This document shows, one piece after another, positions 13,491-28,309 of a stretch of DNA of 64,000 nt. The notes below the pieces were generated by a model. It saw nothing but the letters and a program-made list of their open reading frames with translations, did no database searches and was not told the origin of the DNA. The stretch is from the NCBI RefSeq assembly GCF_036588685.1, contig NC_086377.1:12586001-12650000 (forward strand), written 5' to 3'. Position numbers and translations under genes: made by a program. Positions within the stretch are counted from its first letter, which is position 1. Every line of letters begins with the position of its first letter. The DNA comes from Mytilus trossulus (lineage: Eukaryota).

Positions 13491-14519
13491 AGAGTTTCTT
13501 GTTTTTTATTTCATCAGTTTGTCTTCTTCATTTGCCAGAATATGTTTAACCACGTACGCTTTCCCCGAATACTGATCCGAAATTAGGGTATAGCTTTCCT
13601 TAAAATACATGGTTCTGCTATCCAATTTTGTTTCTTTTTTAGTTTATCTAAGATTTTTGGAGAAATTTCTCCTTTATCGTCGATTATGTCGTTTATAAAA
13701 CTAAATATCGTCTTCTACCCAATGTTTAAAATACAAACTTTTGCCTTGAATCTTAATATATTGATTTCCACATAAAACCTGTTTCCTGATCAGGCTGTCA
13801 TTCCTATAGTTTTCAGTTTTCTTTGTCGTCCCGCTACCATTTTGTATCCAGCACTTTAAGATTTCTAGGTAAACAGTAGACAGGTTTGTGTGTGTTTTCT
13901 AATCAATTATGAGAACCAAGATTCATTTTAAATATTACGCATGTTTACCCCCAAACTCACTGTTGTAGGTTGGAATGAGTTTCCAGTTTGCCAAAGTTTC
14001 ATCTGTAAGTCTTTTTATCAAATTTATTTTCATTGCTTTAATGTAAGAATCAAGATTTGTCATTTTTAACAACCCTCTCCTTTTTCTTATTAATCTTTTC
14101 TTAGCGCTGAGCGTTTAACTTTCTAATTTCTACCCTCCAATAAAATATAATATATCATCTTCTTAAACTTATATATATATTTTTGTGTACATATTTATTA
14201 GTGATGCAATATATCATATATATTAGGTATAAAAGGGTTTTTGATGATAGTGATTCCACCATTTATTTTCCAATCGTTAACTATTTTTTCGGATTTTTTC
14301 ATACGTTTTTCTGTATAACTTTTTTGACATTTATTTTTTGGAGCCAAACTATGTTTTTGTAATTATTTTCTTTTTGATGATGAAACATGTGAAATAACAT
14401 AGTAGAGTATTCGATAGACATTACAAAAAATAAAGTTATACTTGTTAGATCGATTAAGTCATAATGTTATAATAAGATATTTTGTACTAAAAGTACCCCC
14501 CCTCCCCCTTCCAAAAAAA

Positions 14520-15109
14520 AAGGTGTCATGAGCACCATATTATAAATAAAATTAGAAAATGTTATTAAAAACATAAAATGTACTATCTCTTTTTTTTCCC
14601 AACTGCAAATCCGAGATTCTTTTTTACCAAGATTAATTTAATTCTTAAATTTGACAGCAATACAACAACAAAAATGACCCGGGATTCAATAAGTTTAGAA
14701 TATATCCAAGATAGCTGCATAGTTTGATGAAAATCCAAGTTGATGTGAAAAAGTAATATAAAAAAATAAAAAAAAATGCCTATCTGAATTTATATAATAT
14801 TTTTTTTACCTATTGTAAATTTAAATTTGTTCATTTCAAAGCAATAAGTCAAAATAAACCTGAATTTTGTGAGACCAGTCAAAACTAAATTTTGAGGTCC
14901 AGACTTGTCGAGACAGGTCGACACTGGTTGAGACTGAGTCGAGACTAGTCAAGACCATTTCAAACAACACCAAGATCATCAAGTACTGCATCAGACTTAT
15001 TAAGTAAAGTCGAGATCTAGTCGAGTACATAGTCGATAATAATCGAGTAAAATGTGTGCTCGATTTTACTGGTCCAGCACAAAAACTGGTCAATTCGGAG
15101 TTTGTAGTG
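14520..15109. mobile_element. Truncated non-autonomous element with a CACTACAAA-type end
   Basis: Direct copy of 21790-22609. Contains AGTCGAGACT sub-repeats and ends TTTGTAGTG, the reverse complement of CACTACAAA. Confidence 0.55.
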
Positions 15110-18100
15110 TTTACAAGGTGTGCACTATACATTTTGTTTTAAATTTTCATATTTAAAAAGTACCAAGTGCCACATATGGAGCAAAATTACCCCTGAGAGT
15201 TGTTTGTTCATGTTGTTAGATTTTTAGTTTTACATTGTGTAGTTAATGTACTTTTATGTGTCTATTGGTCGATATAAATTTAAGCCATGAGTTATGCGTT
15301 TATATTTCACCTTTCTATTAAAGAATTTATAGTTCCAACCTTTTCAGCATATTGGCATTAGATATCAGAATCATATTGTTTGGTGACTGAGTTGTATTAC
15401 TAGTCTTTTTTTTATAGTAATGCATTCCTTGCATACAACATGTTATTTAAACTAGACCGATTTTTTTTTTATTTTACAGAAAATGATATATAAGGTCAGC
15501 AGTTTTATGTTAAATTGATGAATTGAAAATCTACTGTTTAATTATCAAAAGAAGTATGATACTTATGGTGCGTTCATATACTACATGAGGAATTTGGATA
15601 CATATAACTTTCACATATCATATTTCAGGTATCATGCATAGAGTTACTGAAGCAAAATACTCCAGAGACATACTTATGCTATCAAAAAAACTAACAAATA
15701 TAAAATATTAGGTAAATCTGTTTCTGTTTACAGTACGTAATTATGATAGATATCTATAATAACGGCAATAACTGTACTATAGTGTTTAGAAAAACATATA
15801 CCATTTAATGTGTGTGATTAGTCTTAACTATATTTACATATCATTGTCATCATACATCAATCTGAAGTAAATGTTTACGAGTCGATGACCAGGATGACAG
15901 CATACGATTATGACATATAAAAAGTTAGAATATTTAAAATGATAAACCACTTGTACAGTTTGAAACATTTTTTCATCACTTAATTAAACGGGATACCTGG
16001 TATATTTGTTTTAATAAAAATCGATACACATTTTCCTTATAGGTTGCACTTTGTAAATCACGTGTGATTTGCAAGTCAAGCCTCTTTTGGGGAGAAATTC
16101 AATGCGCATTAAATACTGCTACTGTTTATCTAGTTGTTGCCATGGATGCAAAGTAACTGTTTTCTAATTAAGACTCGATTAGAGAATTAAATGGATATAA
16201 ATAAAAATGTCTTTTTATTTAACTTATTTTTCAGGTGGACTGGATGACATTTGGGTGATTAGTCTCGATAACCCAGACGCATATTTAAATATAGCGTCTG
16301 GGGTGATTAACCGGACTGGTCAGATATTTATAGGGGGCGTAACAAATAATTAAATATAGAACATATCTATAAATAGCACTTCCGGTATCCCCATTCTATT
16401 TAAAAACAATTAATGCAAACAGTAAACAGTGTAACGTTACATGTATAAAAGTTATGTGATTATTAAAACTGACATTTTGTAGTTGACCCTATTTTGCCCA
16501 ACTTGCAGATGGGCAAATTTAAAAGAACGATCGAAAACTGTAATTTATAGCGGTGGTCATTTTTCCTGAATTTTGTGTCACATGTAAAAAAAATAATTAA
16601 GAATTAAGACAGAATTTTTTTTCGTGGGAAAAATTTGGTTGATTATATAAAGAAACAATGTAGCATGACTGTAGAGTGCCCTCATTATAACAAGGTCTGG
16701 ATCAGCCACTGTTTGTGTATAGGGGGTATCACGCTCCGCTATGCGCTAAGAGAGCCAAGGTATCCGTATAGGTGGACCGTTGTACATAAAGCCATACAAT
16801 ATACCCTAATTTTCTGGTGAATTATAGTTTCTCCGACATGTATCCCGAACGGCCTATAATCTAGGACCTCATCTTTATATTTATTGTCATTTTTTTCAGT
16901 CCTGAACATTTAATACCAATATTTACCACAAGACGATAACCAAGCAACCCAAAATCAATCTATTTTTATATTATAAAACACCACGTTTAATATTCTCTTA
17001 TCTTCATACTATAAAATGCTCGATAAAATGTCATTTTTCTATATTTGTATTATAGCATACACTCTCTATTCTATGAAATATTTTCCACTTGACGTTATAA
17101 GCAACCAACAATTTATATTGTATCCACATTAGTCTGTATTCTTTATTTCCCCCCCTTTTTTCTTAGTTTTGTCTCGTTATTCTTATTTCTGTAAATCCTT
17201 GTTATAATTTATGCTTTCCTTTTTATATAATCTTTCAGATATCTGACGCACTTACCTAACTCGAAAAGCACACATCAAGTTACGTTTATGGAAAGAAAAA
17301 CAACTCATACAAATACTGAGATTTCAATGTAGAAAATCCTCCATAACAACTTATTACTGGCAGATTTATTTACAAAATTAACTGATCTTAAAATTGCAAA
17401 CGACAGAATAGTCTGAATGTTTCACAATAATCTATATCGCCTAATCCTTTTGGGAAGAAAACATTTAGGGACCAATGTTCACACAATACCACTTTGTCAG
17501 TCTCCGTGTCCATGAGGAAATACATAAGTTAACCAGTCATTCATGAAACCCAATTTAATACTCTCTGAATACATGTATAAATCAATCACATGGAAAAGAT
17601 GGAATGGGATTTGTCCCATACTGCATAACTTGTAAAAAAAATAACTGAAAAGTGTATTCTCCTACTACAAACTATTATGCTGAGTTCACACGTAATATAT
17701 TATATACGAATTTGATTCCAATATCCATCATGTATTTAAGGGCAGCTTCACAGAAATTCTCCTGTACATGCGAACCTTTACATAAAATAAGTAGATTGGT
17801 ATGATTGCTGATGAGAACAACCTAGCAAAGTTCAAATGACATGGATGTTCGCAAATATAATCACTGCTGGGCCTTCAATATTAAGAAAACTCCATACCAT
17901 ATAAATAACTGAGAAGGGCCAGACATGTAAATGAGATAAATTCAAACGTGAAATCTGTTAAATTTCTTATATGATTGTTGATTTGTTTAATTTCTCTGAC
18001 ATATCTGACAACAATGTGATTCTTGATTTTTGTTTTATTTACTTAATGACTGTCTGTGTACCTTTTTTCGCTTTATGGTTGCTGTCAGTATAATGTTTAT

Positions 18101-21100
18101 ACTGTGATTATAATGATTGCTGGCAGCTTCAGTATTTCAAAACAAATCTTTGAATATTTTTTTCTTATAAAATTGGAGCTGTTTATGATACAATGAAAAT
18201 TCAAGTATTATAGATTTTTTTTTAATTCTTCACATTTTACACATAATATCTGTGTCCAGAAATCTTCATTGGTTTGTCTACAAAAGAAAGTAAATGTTAA
18301 AATCATATTAATTTTTGGTCACCAGCATAGCATATATGAAAAACAAAATGTTTGGAAAAAACATCATAAATAAATAAACATTTTAAAATGTCTTGGTGCA
18401 AGCTGAATCCCGCTACGGCATGCAAGATTATCTCGCTGTGTTGATGACACAACCCATTGGTAGCATTGGGTTGTTTCCTGTTCTTTTGTCGGGTTGATGT
18501 CTCTTTGACACATTCCCTGTTTGTAATCTCTATCAAAATCATGCATGAACTGTTATCATTATTGAAGGCCATACCGTTGCCTATAAGTGCTCACATCCAC
18601 CTTGTTTGAACTTGGGGTGGATAACTGTTTCATTGGTATTCAAACCACATCTTCTTATTTTTATAATGTTGACCTTTTGGTACTTTTATTCTCAACTTTT
18701 TTTTAAGTCAACAGTATGTCCCCTTAATTATGTTGATGTCTACTTTTGGTAATGTATATCACTGGGATCAGTCATCGGTTGTTGCCTCATTGAGACCTCC
18801 TTTCATTGATGCTGGATCTATTGTTTTGCATAAAATCGAATTTTCAGTGTTTTCCTCAAGCCATGTTTTTATTTTAAGGTTTAGAAAGTCAATTGGTATA
18901 TATTCACCGACAACATTGTATGATTTCTTTTATGATTTTTTTTTAGTATGGAAAAAATGCCTTTTAAAAGTGCAAAAAAAGTATTGTCCAGTTGACCAGT
19001 CCAGACTTTGTTTACTAACAGTATATTTAAACTACTTTTTATAACAACGTGTCCCACTTCTTCTATGCTTGTTTAAGCTAAATGCATTTGTTAAAAAAAA
19101 TCGAGCACAAATCATTTACACCGTTTGGTATATGTTCAAATTGGCATCTTCTAGATATACTTTGTTTGGTTTTCTTCTGCTAATGGTTTTGGATTGCTTT
19201 CCCTCTTTTAAATGTGTACAACATTGCGCATCATTCCTCCCCCCTTTTTTTTACACATATCAAAATGCGTACTCCATTATACATTGCAGACAGATACAAC
19301 AAACTTATCCTGGATGAAGTTCATATTTCATAGCACTTTCAATAAAATTTATAAAGTTAAAGATAATACAAATCAACCACAACATGTATTTATAGCGTAC
19401 ACACGACTGTTCGAGTGGTCCCAGTCAATACAAAAATTGCCATTTATTATATTATTAACTGCTTGCGTAGCACGGACATACATGAAAGAATATAACTACT
19501 CAGTGTTTCAGGTTGTATTAAAATTTATGTGTAACAGTTTGTGTTGTTATATTATGATTATATCTTACCAAAGTTTGATGTGCTGTTATGTTCCTATGCG
19601 GTGATGGAAGCCATGCTGTCTTTTGTTTTCCACGACTTGTATGTCGTCACAGAAAAATATAAATAGCTTTAAACAACAATCGGTACACTCGGGATTTTCA
19701 ATAGTATTATCGTAATATAATTTCTTCCGAAGTCAATAACCAACTTCTTGGTTATTCGTCTTGGACATTATCTTTAAATACAAGCTAAAAAATCCGATAC
19801 TATTCCGAATGTCATAAATTACCATTTTTATATCACTTGTCATCCAGACGCTCTACTTTGAAAAATAAAGCGGCTGGATGATCGAGACTATTGGGTGATG
19901 AGTCCAATTTAATTGAAAAATTCAGTGCGAACCTGCAATGTTTATAAATGGAGGGCAGTGAAATTTTAAAATATGCCACACAGCTATATGTTTTTATTTG
20001 TACAAAAAAAGAAGTGCATGTCTCCTTTCCTGAAACTTCCTGAATGAACATTGCCTGCATATGCAATTTAGGCAGTTCCTATGGAAAATGTAATTGCTGG
20101 TTTTACACAAGTGCAACCTAAAATGATTTTTGCTTTTTTGCTTTTTGAAATCTTGAGTTTTCCACATATTAGCTAAAAAGGTGCCTAATAATAGACAATC
20201 AAGACAAGCGTGTTTAAAAATAAATATGTTTGTTTTAATACTCGATATAAATAACTCCCCTGTTTTAGTCAGATCTGCATTTATTCTTACATGATTATAG
20301 CATATTGAAATAAGGGTACGCGCTATTATTGGCAGTGAGTCAACCAATGTTCAAACAATATTGATGTAAGCTATTACAGGCAACCTAGAGCCTTTGACAA
20401 TGAGGAAAACATCACAGTGAATAGACAGTTATAAAACGCTCGGACATGCAAAGATTGACATAATAAATGGATGTTTTCAACGCTATTCGAAGTTCAATAA
20501 CAAAAACAAAAAATAGCTTCCATCCAAATTGTTTCAAAATTGGTTGACCCACTGCCAATAATAGCGCATATCCTTATTTTAATATGCTATAGTCATGAAA
20601 GAACACAATTTATTCAAACATTTGTTCAAATAATCAGTAGAAATAACTCCCCTGTTTTTAATCGTATCTGCAGTCTATGCAATTTGGATGTAAGCTAGTA
20701 CAGGCAACCGAGACTCTTTGACAATGAGAAAAACATCACAGTCAATAAACAAATTAGCACCATACACAATATAACACAGGTTAAAGCAACAATTAAAACA
20801 AAAAAAACTTATGATGGTATGCTCTCTATGAAAATTGTCTATGTCTTAAGTTAACCCACATTTCAAAAGAGTAAACATTTCCAGAACGGTAACGGTATCT
20901 ACAATGTATAGGTTTTCCAACAAATTTCATTGCAAAATACATTTAACAATGTTAAACAGAGTAATACATGTCAGAGATATGTCATCTATCCATACACAAA
21001 ATAAGCTGTTGTGTTCACCAATTCACAAAATCAATTTGCAACTTACAAAAGTTAATAATCCAAATTAAAAGATTTTTAAAATTGTTATATTTTGAACTTA

Positions 21101-21299
21101 TATACGTAAAATAGTAATGTAAAAATCGTTTTAACAAGATAAATAATAAAAGAAAATGTACATATGTACACGAGGTTTATTTTATAATAAACACGATCAT
21201 TTAACGCTGCAAATACACGCGCGTTTACTTTCAAGTGGGCGTAAAATAACACTTGTGAAATCTGTTGTAAATGCTCGTTCACATTTTAGTGCACGTATA

Positions 21300-21720
21300 A
21301 ATAAACTTCAATCTGTTCTTTCAAATTAATAAACTTATGAAACGAAAACGAATTACTTTAGTGTAAAATGTACTATAATATGATGCAATATCTAACGTTG
21401 ACAGATTTTATTTTTTAGTCAATTACACCTGTCTGACATCGGTGAACATTCTTTTTTATTTTATCTAATAAGGACATCGTTCACGTTCATGGTAGTTGCA
21501 TGCTATGTATTTGACTTTGTCCACAAATAAAACCTGCTTAATCAACATATGGATACATTGCACATGTTTACACCACAACTTTATAAATCTATCTTTTTGT
21601 AATATATCAAACCACAGTTTTTAACTATGCATTACGTGTCTAATAGTCAAATAAACAGAGTATAAATGACATGCGTTTCTGAGTATACTTCACATCTTCT
21701 ACAGATCAAAATAACCCATC
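21300..21720 (+). promoter_or_regulatory. Family promoter module of truncated copy 2
   Basis: TGATGCAAT at 21381-21389, TGACATCG, GTTGCATGCTATGT and TATAAA at 21661; 5' UTR homologous to the other copies. Confidence 0.65.
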
Positions 21721-21795
21721 ATGATGTTTACTCTACTTCTAGTTTCTCTTGTCGCTTCTGTTTCGGCATATGGTATTATTAGGAAGGCAAGCTGA
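21721..21795 (+). pseudogene. Copy 2: 5' fragment only (signal peptide)
   Basis: Reads MMFTLLLVSLVASVSAYGIIRKAS*. A small deletion follows YG and homology stops at ~21785 against a repeat; no plus-strand exon 2 follows. Confidence 0.85.
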
Positions 21796-22609
21796 ATTGA
21801 AAAAGTTATTAAAAAAATAAAGTGTACTATCTCTATTTTGGTCGAACTGCAAATTCTAGCTTTTTTTACCTGGATTAATTTAGTTCTTGAATTTTACAGC
21901 AATACAACAAAAAATAAAATGACCTTGGATTTAGTAAGCCTAATATACATGTATATCTAAGATATTTACATACTAGTTTGATGAAAATCAAAGTTGATTT
22001 AAAAAAGTTATTGAAAAAATTAAAATGTACTATCTCTATTTTGTCGTGTCGCAAATCCTAGCTTTTTTGACCAAGATTACTTTAATTCTTAAATTTTACA
22101 GAAATATAAAAAAAAAAAACTAAATGACTTGGGATTCAGTAAGCTTAATATATATCTGCAAGTTGAAAATCCAAGTTGATTTGAAAAAGTTATAAACAAA
22201 ATTAAAGATGCCTATCTGAATTTATATAATAATTTTTATTTTTACCTATTGTAAAATTAAATTCTTTCATTTCACAGCAATAAACCAAACTATCTATAAA
22301 TAAGCTTCAATTTTGTAAGATCAATATTTAATTCAGTTAGATTGGCTGATTTACACCAGTCAAAACTACATTTGAAGGTCAAGACAGGTCGAGACAGGTC
22401 GAGCCTTGGTCAAGATCATTTCAGACTACACAAAGATCATCAAGTACTGAATCAGACTAATTAAGTAAAGTCGAGACCTAGTCGAGTATACTTAAGTTCA
22501 GGTAAGTACAGTCGAGGCAATGTCGAGACTAGTCAAGTTAAATGTGTGCTTGATTTTTACTGGTCGAGCCCAAAAACTGGTCAATTCAGACTCTGATCAG
22601 TTTGTAGTG
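21790..22609. mobile_element. Non-autonomous element with ~190 bp internal tandem units and a CACTACAAA-type end
   Basis: About two tandem units (AAAAAGTTATT...TGTACTATCTCTATTTTG), then GTCGAGAC sub-repeats, ending TTTGTAGTG at 22601-22609. Second copy at ~14520-15109. Confidence 0.55.
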
Positions 22610-23369
22610 TAGTGTTTTATCATTATTTGTACAAATGGTTTACATCAGTTTTTTTTTATTCCCTTGACATAGCTGAGGCATCTATAAAGTTTTTAATAGA
22701 TGCATATTCTGCTATTGTTTTTTTATTTGGTCAAGTTGTTGTCTCTTTGACACATTACCCATTGCCATTCTCAATTTTATTATACTTTGTATCGGACTTC
22801 TTCCAGCCAACAAAACCCAACTTAATCAGCATATTTCAAAGATGAATGCCTCTAAATACAATTAGACTCTGATTGTTCATAATATATTAAAGAACTAGTT
22901 ACTTCACATGATGTTATTAATCCGTGAACATACACATAAACATTTTGAACAAAACATGAACGATTCTACCATATGCATTAACTGATCCGTAAACCTATTA
23001 AATTTAGGTAACAAGTAAAAACGTATATTCTATAGTACAACTTTATTTTAACAGTTACCAATAAACATTCGTTTCATTAATTCCAATTTGAAATATCTTT
23101 ATTGAGGACTTTCTTTTTGAATTCGATAATGAACAAGGAGCTTAAATTATAACCAAGTGTCATAACGGGGAGAAGATTGATAGTAAACCAAACTGATAAG
23201 TGTTAATGACAGTAGTGCATTGTCTGTTATTTAATCATGGAAAGGTATTTAGTGATGTTTGAACAACAAAACAACACTTGTATAGTAATGTTTGTCAGTT
23301 TAAAAAAAAAGCAAAATCCAAATGATTGAATGTTTATAATTAATCCAGCTATTATAAATTCTGCTTTAA

Positions 23370-23637
23370 GGTGTACCCAACATTTCACTTAAATTGATTT
23401 GACGCGTTTAATTTTCATAGATTTGGCAAAGTATTTACTTTGACCCTTTAACAAAATGTAAAAATTTCTAAAAAATTTAACCAACCATTTTATCAGAAAA
23501 GTTACACTGGTTATATAGCAGTTTGACAAACACCAATTTTGATCATTGAGATGCTAAATATTCCCTTGACAACACAACGTTACTAAAACGTTTAGCTGAC
23601 TTTACAGAGTTGTCTCCCTGTAGTTTTAGGTACCACC
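23370..23637. mobile_element. MITE flanked by TTAA
   Basis: TTAA-GGTGTACC...GGTACCACC-TTAA; short TIRs with TTAA on both sides (Kolobok-like by TSD). Confidence 0.7.
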
Positions 23638-24626
23638 TTAACTGATTTTTATACAATCTGTGAAAGATATATGGTATATGAAAAAAGTAATGCTATGTTA
23701 TGCAATGTAATGCATCAAATTACACAACTGTTTACCCAGGTAATGCATAAAATTACAGTTACATGTTATGCCAAAATTGCTCCATTTAACATTGTATGCA
23801 GTTACTTGGAAAAATGTAATGCATTTGAACTAAGTCATTAGTTAGATGTATATTGAAATGTTAGCCTTTGATACAAATTTCATTATTTGTTAACAGCCTC
23901 TATCTAGTTGTCAGTACTTGCAGGTCCTCTCAGATCTGTACATAATGGTTTGTTCTCGTCTTGAATTTTTTTCACGATTAATTTAGATTGAAAAAGGGGT
24001 GATTGCTCACAAACTTGATTCAACCCACCACATTACTTATGAACATTTCCAAGGTCATGAGAATATCGTTCAGCGATTGTCCTTTGTTTAAGCCTTTTTT
24101 TTTCTAAGTTGAAATGTTTCAACCTATCCATGTCGGGTTATTTTATAGCAGGCTATTTAGTGTAAGTTTTTTTATTGTTAAAGGTTGCTTACATCCAATT
24201 CGTTTGAACTGTGGTGAATAGTGTAAATTGGCAATACAACCAAATCTTCGTATTTTAAAATCATTTATAGATCATATCAGTACAAAAGTCTGAAGTTTAA
24301 AGATTTCATTAAAACCCAAGTTATTTGATTAATACTTTAACCCAATACACAATCTTCCTAGATTTAGTGTTGGATATAAGGTGGACTAAATATTCATACC
24401 TGAAAGCCAGGGTTAGTAATACAGAAACAAAATTATAAAAAAAAACCAAAACAATATAGTTGAAGATATTTAGGTAAAATGTGCCTGAGAAGGTTGGAAC
24501 TTCAATTCACTATATGTGTCTCGTACTGATATGTAGAAAAGCGTTTGACATCAGATCGATGTCTATCGAAACAAAGATCCCAGGTATTCATATGATGAAT
24601 GATGTCTCTAACACTGCACACATTAG

Positions 24627-25788
24627 GGGCCATGTCAATAAAAGTATTCTATGATATGTCCTAATATATTTCTTTGGACATTTTTTAAGGATAGTCTTAT
24701 GAGGTGTCTGAGACTTTTCTTGGAATATAAACAAAGATATCGCATGACAGCCTTAACTACGATGGTCCTAGGACCATGCTAACACATTTATCTAACTAAA
24801 AAATATGTAGGGATTTCAATGACATATATTCTATTGTATTTCTGTTTATACGTAAAGGAAAGAGGATTACTATTTTATGGATAACAATAAACACGAAATA
24901 AAAGTATTAACGGAATACTATTAGCTATGTTTATATATATGATAACAAATATGAATGAATTTCGTACACCAAAAAACACATTTAAATAGTCACAAAACTT
25001 TGTTAATTTTGAAATTCGTGCTGCATTTTTTTTATCTGAGGTCCACTCGATTTCATTTGATATATTGAATCAGGATTATTTAAAAATTAAGTTTTTTTTC
25101 ACATTCTAAAAAATGATTATTATGTAGATGAGAGTAATACTATGACATCGAAAAATATGCTTTTCGGAGAATTACTATTGATGCCTATTTTATACAAATG
25201 TGTATACACAAAAGTAATTTTAGTACATAAGAAAAGATCTTTGACAATTATGGATAACATTTGTCTTGAAATTGAAAACAAAGTAACACAATTGATTGTT
25301 AAACAATTATTAGTACATAAAAGAAGATATGTGACAATTGACTACGCTTTATTCTTGTAAGAGGCTTATAATTAAAAACAAAACGATACTGAATACTATA
25401 AACGTTATTTGTTGTTGGTATCTGGAAGTATTTTATTGATAAAATTTGTCTTGAAATTGAGACAAAGTATGACAATCGATTGTTAAACAATTATTAACAA
25501 AATATTTAGTTTTAATAAAATATTTAGTTTTAATTTCATTACAGCACTATAGTTTAATATTGAATCATTTGTTTTTTATTTTTGAATTTATGCCATATTT
25601 GCTGTTTTTATTTCGTTTTCGAACAATACTGGCCTGAGACACCTATATATATATATCCTATCTATAGGCCCAAATTTACGAAATGTCTTGTTTTAAGACA
25701 CTTTTGTTAATTTGACTTAAGACTAAGATTGTCCGTAGACCACATAAAGTCATGTTCTAGTCCTATGATAGCTCCGTTGACATGGCCC
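24627..25788. mobile_element. PIF/Harbinger-like non-autonomous element
   Basis: TIRs GGGCCATGTCAA...TTGACATGGCCC with 3-bp flanks TAG/CAG. Inverted paralogue at ~44625-46035. Confidence 0.6.
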
Positions 25789-28309
25789 CAGGGATATGAC
25801 AGTTGTTGTCCATTCGTTTGATGTGTTTTATTATTTGATTTTGCCATTTAATTTAGCACTTATTTTTTCGGAGTTTAGTATTTTTGTTATTTTACTTTTA
25901 AACAAATTATGTTCATTTTTTTTATATATTTCATACTGTTATCAAAAGGTACCAGGAGTATAAGTTAATACACCAGACTCGCGTCTCGTCTACATCAGTG
26001 ACGCTCAAATAAAATAGTTAAAAGCCAAACAAGTACAAAGTTGAATAGCATTGATGAACCAAAATTTCCAAAAATTGTGCAAAATTAGGCAAAGGTAATC
26101 TATAATATTCAAAATCGTATGATGTCATTATAATCACCAAATCCTCAACATTATTTTATAGATTGATGTATAATTACAATAATTAACGAATATGGTTAAC
26201 ACTGACTAACCGCAGATACAAAATGTAGATTTAAAAAAAAAACTCTTAGGAACAGTGCACAACGATGTCACGAATATCTATCAAGCCTATGGACACTTTG
26301 CTGATGTAATCCCTTACAGAAAACAAAAACCCAGATCAGTTAAGATCAGTTAAGATAAGGTCTGGAGCCTCACACCACATCTTCCTATATCTAGCATGTC
26401 AATAACAGCTAGCAGTCCTTTGTTGATTTATGTATAATTATAATTGTGTTATGTTTCTTTGCTCACCTATTCTGACATTGAACTTGGAAATAGTATGCAA
26501 TGATTGTGTTAATGCGCGTTGCTGTATGTTTGCTTTTTCTACATTGGCTAAAGGTACAAATTAATAGGGGCAGGGTTCAGATATAAATAAAATAGAAAAA
26601 ATTGTTTAACCCCGATGCATGTTTGGGCCTGTTCCAAGGCGGCATCTGTTTTGTATGATTTTTAGTTTTAGTTTCTTTTATACATTTCCGAGTTTAGTAT
26701 GACGTTCATTATCAATGAACTAGTCAATATATTCTGATAAGAGGGTCAGCTTAAATACACTTCCGGGTGCGATATTTTGTCGCTGTATTGGAGACTCATT
26801 GGTGGTCTTCGGCTATTTTCAGCTATTTGGTTTGGTTATTGCCCCTTTGACACTTCCTCATTTCAATGTCCGATTGTATAACCTAGCAATAACACTTGTT
26901 ATTCTTTTTTACCTGTTAATTCAAATCTTTTTAATACAAAAATATCTTGATATCGCAAATTTATATGTACATCAAAAGTATACAATATCATTACCACTAA
27001 TAACTAATTTAAAAGTAGGAATTTGTGATGTCTTGATAGTTAATAACATACCAATATCATTCATAATCATAAACTGAATCATGCTCAAGGAAAAGAGGTT
27101 TTCCTCATCATTAAAATGTTTACAACTATTGATAGATAAGTCGGTTAAAAGAAGCATGAAAATTCCAATCATTATCAGTTGACCAGTTTCTGCCAGTATT
27201 AACAACTTGTGGAGTATTGTCCTGGTGGATAATACCGGTGGACGATAAATACCATCCAAACATTGTTTTCTGATTGGGCTGCAATAATACATCTATTAGA
27301 ACTAAAATTTAAAGACAAAACAGATGCGACTTCCTCTGACAAGTCTTTAGACGTGTACCTTGACACTGACATATGCGGTCATAATCCTATTAAACCAGAC
27401 GATTTTTGAAACTATTAATATCCACCACCTAGTGATAGTATACCAATTTCACCGGCATATAGGATATATAGTCCCTACTTCATTCGGTATTCACACTTTG
27501 TAAAATTATAACAGTGTAACAGTGTCTTGGATGAAAACTAATCAAAGATCGTCAAAACATTTAAGTCACCAGAAGCACTACGTCCTTTTGGATGAATATA
27601 CTTTATCAACATCACAAATAAAATACAATTGTCTTGAATGTAAAGTATTGGTAATAGCAGTGTTTTCGATCTTGATAACGTGTTATTGTAATCTTTTTTA
27701 CATGCACGTCTTTGATAAGTGTTACTTTTACTGTTACATCCATTTATGAATATATATATATTTACGTGGCTCTGTACGTCTACATTCTATCCTTGCCTCA
27801 TTGTGCTATGACACATGTTTCTGTTATTGTCTTCAGTGTTTGCTTACATGCTGATGTCTGTATGCTTTTTTGTTTTTATTTGTTGACATTCTTGCTTGTT
27901 TTATAGTAATTAAGATTACACAAAAGGATGACTTCTTACCCCCTAGTTTTGACGTGGATTATATACTACATGTATTATATCTGTGTTCTTTGTACAGACA
28001 TTGTGGTCAGTATACTGGAATGTTGTGAAACTGTCATATAAGTGATCATTTTTTTTTAGCTATGAACTAATGGTAAATCCACCATTTTAAGAAAATACCT
28101 GTACAAAGCAGGAATATGACAATTGTTATCAGAGTATAGATTAGTATAAAGAGCGTTCTATATATAGAGTGATGCGCGTCGTGTTGTCATGCTGCGTTTT
28201 TATGACTAACGGGCAAAATCTTCACAATGTTAGTGTAAATAGAAATTAAAAAAAAATAACACCACCAAAAACCTAATGTGTCATTAAATAAAAGAACCAT
28301 ATAAGTTTG

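Noticed and set aside
16635-20347. Assorted 60-130 aa ORFs here and elsewhere in intergenic DNA
   Set aside because: AT-rich, Phe/Ile/Lys-biased chance ORFs or repeat-derived, with no motifs and no conservation between duplicated segments.
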